From Eledone cirrhosa (Eukaryota), in contig OZ024743.1 in NCBI GenBank assembly GCA_964016885.1, positions 228,284,001 through 228,348,000 on the forward strand: a DNA stretch of 64,000 nt. Reading direction: 5' to 3'. Shown here piece after piece: positions 1-12,976 of this stretch. The position numbers were made by a program, and so were the translations under genes. Position 1 is the first letter of the stretch. Each line of letters opens with the position of its first letter. The notes under the pieces were generated by a model, which made no database searches, was not told the DNA's origin, and saw nothing but the letters and a program-made list of their open reading frames with translations.

Positions 1-165
1 CTTGTTATAGTAGGAAAAGAGTTTTAACGTTTCATACACTAGTGCTACACCAGAAGATAAAATGAGAAATAAAAGATGAAATAGAAAGATAGAGAGAGAA
101 GTGGAAGGGATGGACAAAAAACATGCCTGTATACAATCAACTTTTTGAGAATATATATATATATA

Positions 166-345
166 AAAGCACCCAGCACACACTGTAAATGTGGTTGGTG
201 CTAGGAAAGGCATCCATCCATAGAAACCCAGCCCAAAACAGTTCTATATGAGCAAGATATGGTCACCTGACCCAACTTGCCTCTAATAGGACAACCTATC
301 TAACCCATGCTAGTGTGGAAAATGGACATTAAATGATGATGATAA

Positions 346-349
<4 letters not shown>
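166..349 (+). mobile_element. RTE-LINE/SINE 3' tail fragment ending in (GAT)n, within a (TA)n tract
   Basis: cacccagcacacactgtaaatgtggttggtg...ccatgctagtgtggaaaatggacattaaatgatgatg matches the 3' UTRs of the RTE copies at 39414, 42237 and 44480. Confidence 0.8.
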
Positions 350-442
<93 letters not shown>

Positions 443-562
443 TCTACAGTGTGAAGACTAGGAAGACTTCATATTGGAGCGTAGTATTTGGTGAATGGTA
501 TGATACAGAGTTAGTATATTGATGAGATGAAGGTGGGGAATGTGGACCTTTTGGTTTCAGCT

Positions 563-660
<98 letters not shown>

Positions 661-1109
661 AGATAGACAGATGCATCGCCATACATACAGTCATACATTT
701 GTGTGGCTCAGGTTGAATTACATCACAACATATAATTTCAAATAGAGACATCATGTCATTGTTCTCTGTATCTATCAGTAGGTTTGTGCTAAGTCAACTT
801 GAACCTGAAACTCTCTCCATTCTTTTTACAGTGCAGGCTAACTAGCCTGAAGGTCAGAGGTCTAATTATTGTAAAGTTCAGGGGTGTAATTATTTTGCAA
901 ACAGTCTGTGGTTGCTTTGAAAACAACAAAGTGCAAAATCGAGCCAAAAGAATGTTACTAATATCAAATTGTCGCGAGGTTTTCTGACAGATATATTATG
1001 TATCCTGGTTTACACAGAGTGTGTTTGTGTGTGTTTTAGCTGCTGGCACCTAGGAAAATGAATCATGTTATACAATGTACAAGCTAATGGGGGAGATTTT
1101 ATATTCTTC

Positions 1110-1160
1110 TAGTCTTTTACTGGCTTCAGTCATTTGACTGCGGCCATGCTGGGGCACTGC
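1110..1160 (-). mobile_element. SINE 3' end fragment (family ending GTGCCCCAGCATGGCCGCAGTCAAATGACTGAA)
   Basis: Reverse complement matches the + strand copy at about 35465-35508 and degenerate copies near 17010 and 36020. Confidence 0.6.
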
Positions 1161-1544
1161 TGTAATACCAATTAACAAGGGTGTCAGTTAACATAATTAT
1201 TTAAAAGTTAACAGATATCAGTTTACGAATTAGTTAAACATTTTTCTTATATATTCATTTATACTTCTACTGTGGCCATGCTAAATCTTTGCTTCCAATC
1301 ATAAAACTCCAGAAATTCTTTTCTTTCATGTCTAGTACTTAATCTATCTAATACATTTTATTGAACTGCTCAATTCCAAGATATAAACAAAGACATGGAC
1401 ACACATATGGGACAAACACACACACATGTATATATATATATGTGTATACATCCCCCACATAAATGTAGTTCAAGTTAAATGGAAGACACACGTAGAAAGC
1501 AGTGATATGAAATCTTATTTGTTTCGTGCTTTATAAAATAGGAA

Positions 1545-1584
1545 AAAATGTTTCAACCTATCGGAAGTTTGTCCTTCATCAGGA
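1545..1584 (-). ncRNA. Degenerate minimal hammerhead-ribozyme motif (Penelope-like terminal repeat)
   Basis: Minus strand reads CTGATGA-AGGAC...GGTT-GAAACAT, with a pyrimidine-rich upstream context like the copies at 20, 13277 and 16608. Confidence 0.4.
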
Positions 1585-1823
1585 AAAAGTAAATTATGAA
1601 GAGAGAGGAGGTTGGAAGATAAGAAGAAGGGAGCTATGAGAGTTTGAGTGTTGGTTTTAATCCTTCTTTCTCTGCATGTGTGTATTGGCGAGGTGTCTAC
1701 ATTATTCATGAAGGTGTGTCTGTCTGAGTGTATTATCACTTTAATATGTATAGTTTAGTCTATGTGTGTGTATATACATGTGCTTGTTCAAAGGTACCTG
1801 GGTGTGACACATATGTGTCCATG

Positions 1824-1880
<57 letters not shown>

Positions 1881-2085
1881 TATTAACAAAGACGAGAATG
1901 AGTAGATAATGCCATAATAGAGTGTAATTATTCATCTACTCGAGTACTAGAAGGTACTTATTTGCCCAAAGTGACATGCAATAGAACTGAACCTGAAAAT
2001 ATATGAATCGAAACAAAGTGAACCCCTTAACCAATGAGCCATGACTGTGTCTAGGTAGTTTCTCAATAAATTATTTAAAATGTAT

Positions 2086-2423
2086 GGAGGCACATAGCTT
2101 AGTGGTTAGAGCATTGGCCTTGCAATCGAAAGGTTGTGAGTTCAATTCTCTGACCGGGTGATGTGTTGTTTCCTTGAGCAAGACACTTTATTTCACATTG
2201 CTCCAGTTTACTCAGCTGTAGAAATGAGATGATAGGGACTGGGGTCCATATCATTCCACTGCAAAGTGGTCGTGGAGGTGCCACGGCAAAAAGGCACCCA
2301 GCACTCACTGTAAATGAGTTTGGTGTTAGGAAGGGCATCCAGCTGTAGAAATCAAGTCAGAATCAGTTCCCGTCCCACCCTTGCAAGCAGGGAAAAGCAG
2401 ACGTAAAATGAAATGAAATGATG
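2086..2423 (+). mobile_element. Full-length tRNA-derived SINE with RTE-derived 3' tail (family A)
   Basis: Pol III A box TAGCTTAGTGG and B box GAGTTCAATTC; central CCTTGAGCAAGACAC...CCAGTTTACTCAGCTGTAG domain; 3' part colinear with the RTE 3' UTR at 39414-39695; (TGA)-type tail. Confidence 0.85.
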
Positions 2424-2574
2424 TTGTATGTATGTATGGTCCTGTAACTCCTGATAGAGTTGTTGGGGAGGTGTATTGACATACGGCATTTCTTGGCCAT
2501 TTTAAGCCTGGCGGAGGCCATCCTTCTCTCAGTTTGAGTACAGCAGATTTCTTCCAGAGAGATGAAGAATCGAT

Positions 2575-2725
2575 CCCAGTAGTAGACTGGTCCTTCTTTT
2601 ATCTACCTTGAAAGGATGAAAGGTGAAGTTGACTTCAGCAGGATTTGAACAGAGAGAGCAGAGAGCCACAACGAATACCATAAAGCATTCAAGCCGACAT
2701 TCTAACAACTCTGTCAATTCGATGC
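2575..2725 (-). mobile_element. tRNA-derived SINE with Nin/Deu-like domain (family B), diverged
   Basis: Minus strand GTTCAAATCCTGCTGAAGTCAACTTCACCTTTCATCCTTTC; homologous to 24946-25131. Confidence 0.7.
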
Positions 2726-3274
2726 CTATATTAAAAATGTTACTTCTTTATATTTCTATTGTCAACCATTCATGCTATAAAACAAACCCTAAGTCTACCC
2801 TGCCTAGTTGTTAATGTTCTAGTCATTGTCCTTCCTAACTCTATAATAAGACATTAGTTGATAGGATGATATGAAACAAAGGAAGTATTACAAAACTTTG
2901 GATGACGATAATTATGGAAAAGTACATGGAAATAATTGCCTAAGTAAGGAAAATAAGGAATGTTAGATATTCTTGAGAAAGGAAAGTAAAACAACAAAAA
3001 AAAAAAAATAGAATGTTTTCTATGAAATTAAGCTTCCCAGATTTAATTAACAAAGGATGATTATTAAAGGCGATATTGAAGACACAGCCAATGCTGATGT
3101 GTTCGCTGATCTCAATCTCAACAATATCAATTAATTATCAAATCTCCCAACTTTAATGCTTTCATTTACCTTGGAGGTGGGAGTATTCACAATGAAAAAT
3201 AAGAAAGATGTTCAATATCACTCGTTCCACTAATATGTATTCCAATGATGCATGCTTTTCATAAAGTTTCTGGA

Positions 3275-3286
3275 TATATACATATG

Positions 3287-3329
<43 letters not shown>

Positions 3330-3422
3330 GTGTGTGTATGTATATATATATACACACATATGCTTATATGCATATATATACATACATATGTCTGTATATA
3401 TATATATATATATATATGCATA

Positions 3423-3454
<32 letters not shown>

Positions 3455-3555
3455 CATATGTCTGTATATATATATATATGCATATGTGTGTGTGTATATA
3501 TATATATATATGCATATGTGTGTGTGTATATATATATATATATGCATATGTGTGA

Positions 3556-3621
<66 letters not shown>

Positions 3622-3690
3622 GCAAATATAAATATACAAATATATACACATATACACACTAATACATACCTATATATACATGCATACAGT

Positions 3691-3740
<50 letters not shown>

Positions 3741-3760
3741 TATTAATTATATAATTAATA
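3275..3760. repeat. (TA)n-based compound microsatellite with CATATG/TG interruptions
   Basis: Directly visible; similar arrays at 4200-4480, 10835-11250 and 26215-26585. Confidence 0.95.
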
Positions 3761-3775
3761 AGTAGAAATTTATTT

Positions 3776-3832
<57 letters not shown>

Positions 3833-4260
3833 TATAGATATATTAATTAAATACATAGAAATAGCTAATAATACATCAACTGTGTACAGATATATGTGTA
3901 TGTGTAAGAATGCATCTGAAATGTGTGAATATAAAGCATTAGATAGAAATCCTGATAAGCACATCTGTAGATGCATATTTGTATTAGGCTAATTTTATAT
4001 ATCGGGGTGTATATATATATATATAATGTGAGTGGTAGAGAAATGAGAAAGGTCGCACTTTATGCATGATCCCACACACAAACACACTCTAACACACACA
4101 TACATATAGGACACTCTAACACACATATACATAATAGGACACTCTAACACACACATCTAGTGCATTATTGTAAATATGTACGTATATATCTATAGATTAT
4201 AAACTATAAACACACACATACACACAGGTATAAATATAAATATATATATATATAAATATA

Positions 4261-4323
<63 letters not shown>

Positions 4324-4333
4324 TATATGTGTG

Positions 4334-4383
<50 letters not shown>

Positions 4384-4386
4384 CAT

Positions 4387-4439
<53 letters not shown>

Positions 4440-4829
4440 AACACATACACACACATATATATATATGTATAGACACATACATACACAGGTACACACTGAA
4501 TGAACATTTGCATACATGTGTGCATAATTAAGCTATGAGCCAATTGAAGTAAATGTTAGGTTGCTGTTTTTGTTATTGTTGTTTTAATATTTCTTTCTGG
4601 TTTGTAACAATATAAACACGTAGTAGTGTTGTTGTGCATCCGTGTTGTGATTGGGAGCCCCAGTGCAAGGACATTAAAATGTGCAATAGCTGCATACAAT
4701 AGTGCAGCATCATTTCAGACGTGTAATTATTAATAGTAAAACAGAAACGGTTCATTAAAGCATATAACAGCAGCACGCCTATTGGGCAAAGAGATAAGGT
4801 TTTTGCTTGCAATTTTTGGTCTTGTATTG

Positions 4830-4880
<51 letters not shown>

Positions 4881-6098
4881 TTATGTATATATATATATAT
4901 TTATATATATACATTTACATTTATGTATATATATTTATATTTATGTACATATATCTCACTCTCTCTCTATATATATATATATGTGTGTGTGTGTATATAT
5001 GTATTAAAATTTTTAATCAACTTTTCTTTCAGTAGTGGTTGTAGTGTCATTAGTTGTGGAAGTGGTAGAGTAGGTGGTGATATTTATGGTTGTGTTGTCT
5101 ACGGTGGTGGTGGTACTGGTGCCAGGTGTAAGTGGTGCTGGTGGGGAGTGTGTTTCTATTATTTTTTTAATATCTTCTTTTTGTTCTTACAGTTAATGTT
5201 TTTTTTTTTCCATATTTAAAAAATAAATAATTATGAATCTATGCATGGGCATGTGTATGTAAATATATATATATATGTATATGCGAATATATATATATAT
5301 ATATAAATATACATATATATATACATATATGTGTGCATATATATATATACATAAGTGTATATATACATATGTGTGTCTATATATACATATATATGTCTAT
5401 ATGTAGATAGATAAATTGAGAAAGAAAGAGGACAGAGGAATAGACAGACAGGGTGGGCGGGATTAATACATATTTCCATGTATATTCTCTCAAACAAATA
5501 TTCATGCACATGCATACACATGTCTGTGTGTAAGCATGTCCTCATGATAGTTTTTAAGTATGGGTTGAAGGTGCAACATATCACAAAGTAATTAGTTATT
5601 AAATAATTATAAAATAGCAGCCAGTAAAATTATTGCGGAAATCTTCATTAATGAAATAATTGATTGGTGTTGGGGTGAAGGAAATAGGAGGGTGGAGGTT
5701 AAAAGTATTACAGTCCTACACCCTACACATCCCACATAAAATTAGAAGGAAGACAAAAAAGAAGCAAACGCTACATCCCTATTACACCAAATAATAATGT
5801 ATATATGTATATATAGATACATATATACAACCATACATTATATATATATATAATGAAAAGAAATGAAAATTACAATTATGTTAACCTCCATGAGAAGAGC
5901 CACACCCACTTTCTATCCACAGCAGCAAATCTATTTAAAAGTCAATGAAACTTCATAAAATTATTTACTTTTTTGGAGCTGTATCCATCATATCCTAAAT
6001 ATTTAAGGTGTGTACCTGGTGCGCATATTTGTCTCTATACATCTCTCTCTCTGTCTGTCTCTCTCTCTCTCTTCTTTCTCTCTGGATATAATTGTATG

Positions 6099-6141
<43 letters not shown>

Positions 6142-6149
<8 letters not shown>

Positions 6150-6343
6150 TAAAATAACAGATTAAAGTTTAAGCAAAGAATCGCTGCTTTCAGAAGATCC
6201 CGTTAAGGGTGAAAGCAACGATTCTTTGCTTAAACTTTAATCTGTTATTTTAATAAATATTTGCTCTACGGGTCTTATATATTTGATATATATTTATCCT
6301 TATCGAGCCCTCTTTGGATTTTAGTTTTCAAATTTATTATTAT

Positions 6344-6347
<4 letters not shown>
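6142..6347 (+). mobile_element. Short fold-back element between (TA)n tracts; probable Penelope-like terminal remnant with inverted end
   Basis: 51-bp arms 6142-6192 and 6210-6260 (1 mismatch) around GAAGATCCCGTTAAGGG. The right arm contains GAAAGC and AATAAA and continues ~85 bp to the next TA tract. Confidence 0.5.
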
Positions 6348-6417
<70 letters not shown>

Positions 6418-6584
6418 GTTTATTTATTCATTTTCACAGTTATAGTTCACTAAGTTTTTGCAGATGTTTATATATTTACTAAGTTATAAATGTTGAATTC
6501 TTCCTTTGTGAACATATAAGATCACTTGATTTAGAGCAAGTATACACATAAACATATATGTATTTATCTCTAGTCTAAAATTTG

Positions 6585-8405
6585 TCACGAGCCCGGAAGC
6601 TCATAAAGCCGGTGTTTATCCCGGTTTACATATCATGAAGCAACTCAGACCTATAATAATAATAATAATAATAATGAAATATTGTGTATAGTGCTCAGGT
6701 GCACTACAACTCATCAAAAAGTGTATGTATAGTACATAGGGTAATGTACAAACGTCAGGAAAATGAACAGTGCATGAGTCATGATATACACATGTGTGCA
6801 TGTGTATGGAAGGGGTACATCAGGTGTAGTTTTGGCATATTTCGGGAAGCATGAGGGTTTTAAAGGATGCAGTGTCTCAGCGGCTAACAACTGACGCAGG
6901 CAGTTTGTTCCATGCTTCAGCAACTCTGAGCGTGAAAAAATGTTTACGAAAGTCATGGGAGCTGTGCTGTTTTCTGATTTTGTAGGCATGTCCACGTGTG
7001 TTGGACACATGGAGATCAAAAAGGTGCTCAGGGTTGTTGTTGGCGAGATGGTTAATAACTTTGTGGGTGTTTACCAAGTCCATTGCCAGACATCGGAGCT
7101 TCAATGAATCCATGCCCAGGGAAGCAAGGTGTTCAGAGTATGGTAGGTGTCTGATGGAGGGTATGCGCTTGGTTGCACATCTCTGAACAGTTTCCAGGCG
7201 GTCAATGTTCTGAGCAAGATAGGTGTTCCAGACTGATGATGCGAATTCCAAGTGTGGTCGTACCATAGTTGTATACAGTTTTAAATAGATGGCTGGAGAG
7301 CGGCTAACAAAGGTCTTGCTGAGTGATGCCAAGACACCCTCGGCCTTCTTGACAATCTTAGAGACATGCTTTGTCCAACGCAAATTGCTGCTGACAGTAA
7401 TGCCCAGGTCTTGTTCACAAGAGGACTTCTTGATATCAGTGTTGTGGAGGGAGTATATGGACGCTGGATTTTTCCTCCCAAAATGCATGGTGGTCCACAG
7501 CCAGCTTCAGTTGCCAGTCTGTGATCCATTGCTGCATTGTGTCCAGGTCTGATTGTAGGAAAGAGTTGTAGATTTCAGGATCAGTCCTTTTGATTTCAAA
7601 ATACAGCTTGATGTCATCTGCATATTTCAGTACCGTGGCATTCTGTAAGTTAGCATCTATGTCATTAATATATGCCACAAACAAAAGGGGACCAAGAACA
7701 GATCACTGTGGTACACCAGATGACATATCATATGGTGAAGAATGCTGTCCTAGAACCGTGACTACCTCTCTTCGGCTGAGAATGAAGGATTTCAACCAGT
7801 CGAAAAGATCATCCCTCACACCCATTGCAGAGAGTTTTGCCATACGTCTTTTGTGTGGCACAGAATTAAAAGCCTTAGCAAAGTCAAGGTAAACAACATC
7901 CACCCATGAGCCGCTGTCAGTGATCCGGGTGATGTCTTCAAGGAACTCGATAAGCTGATCACAGCAGCTGGAGTTAGGGATAAATCCAAACTGCGAGGGC
8001 CGGATGAGGCTGTGAGAGCTCCAGAAGTTCCAAAGTGTTTCTCTGACACAGGATTCCATCAGTTTGGCCATACAGCTAGTAAGACTGACTGGACGATAGT
8101 TGACAGGTGACATGCGGTTGCCCTTTTTGAACAGGGGAATGACACTGGCAGTTTTCCACTGCTCCGGAGTAGCACCATTGTTGAGACAGTATTGAAAGAT
8201 TCCCTCCACCCATGGAAAGGATACCAGTCCATTGCAGGGTTAAACCCCCCAGTAAATATGATTCCTTTTTGCTTAAGTATACTGGAGCAATGTGAAATGC
8301 AGTGTTTTGCTCAAGAACACAAAACACGACCCAGTCCAGGCATGAATCTCAGAATGGCAAGGGCCGTAACTCTATGCATCAAAGCATGGCGTACAATCCT
8401 CTACA
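6585..8405 (-). mobile_element. tRNA-SINE (family C body/tail) split by a LINE insertion: pieces 6585-6652 and 8202-8405
   Basis: Joined pieces align to the reverse complement of the SINE at 59523-59790 (ctcat..gccggtg.ttatccc... / ...ccagtccattgcagggttaa). Confidence 0.6.
6653..8201 (-). mobile_element. 5'-truncated CR1/L2-group LINE, RT pseudogene with (ATT)n tail
   Basis: Motifs WKTASVIPLFKKG, NYRPVSLTS, YLDFAKAF, SGVPQ*SVLGPLLF, KYADDIKLY, RPHLEFASSVW, RGHAYK...FFTLRVAEAWNKLP. In-frame stop at ~7703 and frameshift at ~7490. Confidence 0.93.
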
Positions 8406-8419
8406 ATGATAATAATAAT

Positions 8420-8637
8420 AATACTGATTTCTTATATAGGCACAAGGCCAGTCATTTGGGGGAGGGGGAAGTCAATTAAATCGACCTAAGTACATTACTG
8501 GTACTTTATTTTATCGACCCCATAAGGATGAAAGGCAAAGTTGACCTCGGCGGGATTTGATCTCAGAATTGCAAAGGCCGTAACTCCATGCGTCAAAGCA
8601 TGGCGTCTGACCCTCTACCGATACTGCCAATCCGCCG
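8420..8637 (-). mobile_element. Family B SINE (Nin/Deu-like domain)
   Basis: Minus strand CCCGCCGAGGTCAACTTTGCCTTTCATCCTTATGGGGTCGATAAAATAAAGTACCAG. Confidence 0.8.
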
Positions 8638-8639
8638 TA

Positions 8640-8693
<54 letters not shown>

Positions 8694-9184
8694 CATATGT
8701 TAATAGTTTGACTTATTTTTGCATTATGAATTGGTTTCATGGCTGTAAATATGACCAGCTCTTTCAGATGTGTTAAAAAATGTGATCACATCTAATAGAG
8801 CTAGTCATATTTATGGACACATTTATGATCACAAAACCGTTTGGTAATGCAAAAATGATTCAAACTGTTAACATTGATATTCTAAATATCCACATTATGT
8901 GTTCATTACTCTTTACTTCTCTTTTTACCATTGGGCATTATATCCTATTATATATCCTATTATATATATATTTTTTACTCATATTATCTCTAATATCTAC
9001 GTATGTGCGAATGATTATAAATGCATATATGCTTTGCATGTCTATGTATATCTATATGCATATATGCTATATATACATGCTATATATACATGCATGTATA
9101 TATATAGGGGATGAGAGCTCATAATTTTGTTGTACAGAATCTGTGATCAGATTTCTTCAAATCTTTGTTGGAATCCTACCCCGT

Positions 9185-9362
9185 CACCTCAGCTAGAAGA
9201 TCTGAGTTGTACCAGTAATTCAAATGGCCAGTCTTGTTACACAATGTGTCATGCTGAATCTCTCTGAGAATTGTGTTAAGGGTACAAATATGTCTATAGG
9301 ATGCTCAGGCACTTGTTTATTAATTTCACGAGCATTTTGTTCTATCAGTAAAAAAAACTGGT
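9185..9362 (+). mobile_element. Dispersed repeat fragment (probable SINE tail)
   Basis: gttaagggtacaaatatgtctataggatgctcaggcacttg...ttaatttcacgagca recurs inverted at ~41665-41770 and degenerate at ~57060-57200. Confidence 0.55.
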
Positions 9363-9406
9363 TCACTTGTCATAAAAAACTATGGATGTTGAAGACATAC
9401 ACACAG

Positions 9407-9816
9407 ATGTTGTGTGTGTTGTGTGTATGTTGTGTGTATGTTGTGTGTATGTTGTGTGTATGTTGTGTGTATGTTGTGTGTATGATGTGTATGCTGTGTG
9501 TTTGTGTGTATGTTGTGTGTATGCTGTGTATGTTGTGTGTATGCTGTGTGTTTGTGTGTATGTTGTATGTTGTGTGTATGTTGTGTGTATGCTGTGTGTT
9601 TGTGTGTATGTTGTGTGTATGCTGTGTGTTTGTGTGTATGTTGTGTGTATGTTGTGTGTATGCTGTGTATGTTGTGTGTATGCTGTGTATGCTGTGTGTT
9701 TGTGTGTATGTTGTGTGTATACTGTGTATGCTGTATGTTGTGTGTATGCTGTGTATGTTGTGTGTATGCTGTGTATGTTGTGTGTATGCTGTGTATGTTG
9801 TGTGTATGTTGTGTGT
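9407..9816. repeat. 9/11-bp minisatellite (ATGTTGTGTGT / ATGCTGTGT)
   Basis: Directly visible tandem units. Confidence 0.95.
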
Positions 9817-9884
9817 TTATTTTTCAAATTGCAGGTGATCAGACACAGTGATAGTCATTGGTTATGTGACTGTATAACAAGTAC

Positions 9885-10261
9885 AGGAGGGAGAGGAAGA
9901 GGGAAGAGAGAGGGTAGGAAGAGGGAAGGGAGAGAGAGGGGGAAGGGAGAGAAAGAAGGAAGGGAGGGAGGGGGAAGGGAGAGAGAGAAGGAAGGGAGAG
10001 AGAGGAAAGGAGAAAGAGGGAAGAGAGATAGAGAGGGAAGGGAGAGAGAAGAAAGGAGAAAGAGGGAAGAGAGAGAGAGTGAGGGAAGGGAGAAAGAGGG
10101 AAGAGAGAGAGAGAGGGAAGGGAGAGAGAGGAAAGGAGAAAGAGTGAAGAGAGAGAGGGAAGGGAGAAAGAGGGGAGAGAGAGGACGAGGAAAAGAGAGG
10201 GGAAAGAGAAGGAGGAAGAGAGAAAAGGAGAGAGTAAGAGGTAAGGAAAATAGAGAGAGAA
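9885..10261. repeat. Near-pure polypurine (GA-rich) tract with internal higher-order repeats
   Basis: ~375 bp almost entirely A/G; GGGAAGGGAGAGAGAGGAAAGGAGAAA recurs. Confidence 0.9.
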
Positions 10262-10314
10262 AAATTTGAGGTCTGATGTAATGAAGAACAGAAAAATTAC
10301 GACAAACAAAAACG

Positions 10315-10498
10315 ATTACAACCATAAAAACAACAACAAAAATACACAGCTACAATAGGAAACAGCAACAAGAACAACAACAGAGGTAAAAAAATACAAA
10401 AAATTACTTCAAATATATATCGACCTTGTAATAGGTTCCACCCCTACCCCTGTTCTATACAATAACAACCACAACAACAATGTAGAGCAACACCATCC

Positions 10499-10540
<42 letters not shown>

Positions 10541-10745
10541 ACAACAACAGGAACATGATAAAACAACATGAGCAGCAGCAGCAGTGCCACTGCCACCACC
10601 AGCAGAACAACTACAATAAATACAAACATCATCATCATTATTAACATCAAAAGCCAAACAACAGCATCATTATCATCATCAGCAGTAATACCATCATAAA
10701 CAACATTATCACTGGCATAGAACAACAACAACAACAACAACTATA
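10315..10745. repeat. Degenerate CAA/CAT/CAG trinucleotide region
   Basis: Directly visible. Confidence 0.85.
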
Positions 10746-10829
10746 TTTATCAATGTTACTGCACCAAAAACCTATAATAAAAGGCACAACTCTGAAAAAT
10801 GTTCAAAGCATATCTAATGATAGTTTAGT

Positions 10830-11065
<236 letters not shown>

Positions 11066-11091
11066 TATATATATATATATACACACATATG

Positions 11092-11138
<47 letters not shown>

Positions 11139-11198
11139 GGGTATATATATATATATATATACACATTTATATACCCATATGTATATATACATACACAC

Positions 11199-11252
<54 letters not shown>

Positions 11253-11640
11253 TTCCTGGTCCAGATGTATGGGTGTACTTCTGAGTTTAAGGAGAGTTCA
11301 AATTGCGTTTTTCATATGAAAAATTGTATGTATAAATGTGTAGTTAACTTCAGTGCAAATGTGGATAGGGTTTTGTAGTCTTTACATTCATAAAGTAGGC
11401 TCATTCTGTGTGTGTGTGTGTATATATATAGAATATTAAATATGCATAATCTGTTTGGGTGTAGGCATGTAAACACACACATACATATATATATATATAT
11501 ACATATATATATATTGTTTGAAATAACAGAAAACAAATAACAAACAAACGCAGGAGTAAATGTTACATATATATATATTTACATATATATATATTTACAT
11601 TATACATTAGTTATATATGCATACATATAAACACTCCATG

Positions 11641-11690
<50 letters not shown>

Positions 11691-12178
11691 CATTATAAAC
11701 TAGTTATATATGCATACATATAAACAGCCTTCTAAGTTGGTTAGAGAAACAAAAATATACAGAGATAAAGAAAATAAAACATAACATATTGAAGGAAGAA
11801 GAAAGAACGAGGCAGAGTGTTTTGTTGCATAAGTATTGGCAATGGTTCATCATCTCGTATTCTATTTATCACATCATTAGTAAATGGATGGAACCAAACA
11901 GAGAGGATCAAACAGATTAATGATTAGCAAGTTACAAGTCACAATTTTCAAAGGCTTGAGATATTTAAGGGGCATCATTTTTGTTAGTGCTTTTAATCTA
12001 ATCCACACATGTGGGATAGAGAGAATCAGACAGAGAAAGAATATCTGGGTGTCACTTAAATATAATTATGTGTGTGTGTGTTGTGAGTGAGTGTGAACAC
12101 ATTCATCATTTATATGTCTTCTATTCTAGTATGGGTTGGAACTCCTCCTCCCCTACATAAATATATATATACATATAT

Positions 12179-12314
12179 AACGAAGGAAGTGTGATAAGGA
12201 ACCAGATTGACCATAATGCACCAAAGTACTCAGTACTTAGGGTAGTAGAGTGGGTAATAGGAAAATGTTTAACCCCGACGGCTTGAGCTCTGCCGTCGGG
12301 GTTAAATATTTTCC
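12179..12314. mobile_element. Partial copy of the palindromic element at 12977-13161
   Basis: Left arm similar to 12977-13064; central hairpin GGAAAATGTTTAACCCCGACGGC-ttgagctct-GCCGTCGGGGTTAAATATTTTCC; right arm replaced by a SINE tail at 12314-12351. Confidence 0.8.
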
Positions 12315-12373
12315 AAGCAGAGAAAAGCGGACGTAAAACGATGATGATGATGTATATATATATATATATATAT

Positions 12374-12713
12374 ATCATCATCATCATCATTTTACGTCCA
12401 CTTTTCCCTGCTTGCAAAGGTGGGACGGGAACTGATTCTGGCTTGATTTCCACAGCTGGATGCCCTTCCTAACACCAACCTCATTTACAGTGAGTGCTGG
12501 GTGCTTTTTTGCTGTGGCACCTCCACAACCACTTTGCAGTGGAATGATATGGACCCCAGTCTCTATCATCTCATTTCTACAGCTGAGTAAACTGTAGCAA
12601 TGTGAAAATAAAGCGTCTTGCTCAAGGGAACAACACATAACCTGGTCTGAGAATTGAACTCACAACCTTTCGATTGCAAGGCCAATGCTCTAACCACTAA
12701 GCCATGTGCTTCC
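12374..12713 (-). mobile_element. Full-length family A SINE
   Basis: Reverse complement closely matches 2086-2423, including A/B boxes and tail. Confidence 0.9.
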
Positions 12714-12727
12714 ATATGTATATATAT

Positions 12728-12948
12728 AGTTTACTCAGCTGTAGAAATGAGATGATAGGGACTGGGGTCCCTATCATTCCACTGCAAAGTGGTCGTGGAG
12801 GTGCTACGGCAAAAAAGCACCCAGCACTCACTGTAAATGAGGTTGGTGTTAGGAAGGGCATCCAGCTGTAGAAATCAAGCCAAATCAGTTCCTGTCTCAC
12901 CTTTGCAAGCAGGGAAAAGTGGACGTAAAATGAAATGATGATGATGAT
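12728..12948 (+). mobile_element. 5'-truncated family A SINE
   Basis: Matches ~2203-2423; flanked by TA repeats. Confidence 0.9.
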
Positions 12949-12976
12949 ATATATATATATATATATACATATATAT

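Noticed and set aside
2086-2160. Possible tRNA gene
   Set aside because: A/B boxes are present but the acceptor and anticodon stems do not pair well, and it continues into a SINE body seen in multiple copies.
9382-10269. 295-aa Cys/Val then Arg/Glu/Gly-rich ORF
   Set aside because: Read-through of an 11-bp minisatellite and a purine tract; the unit length is not a multiple of three.
12767-12777. TCCCTATCA tetO half-site
   Set aside because: Short coincidental match within a SINE hairpin; no vector context.
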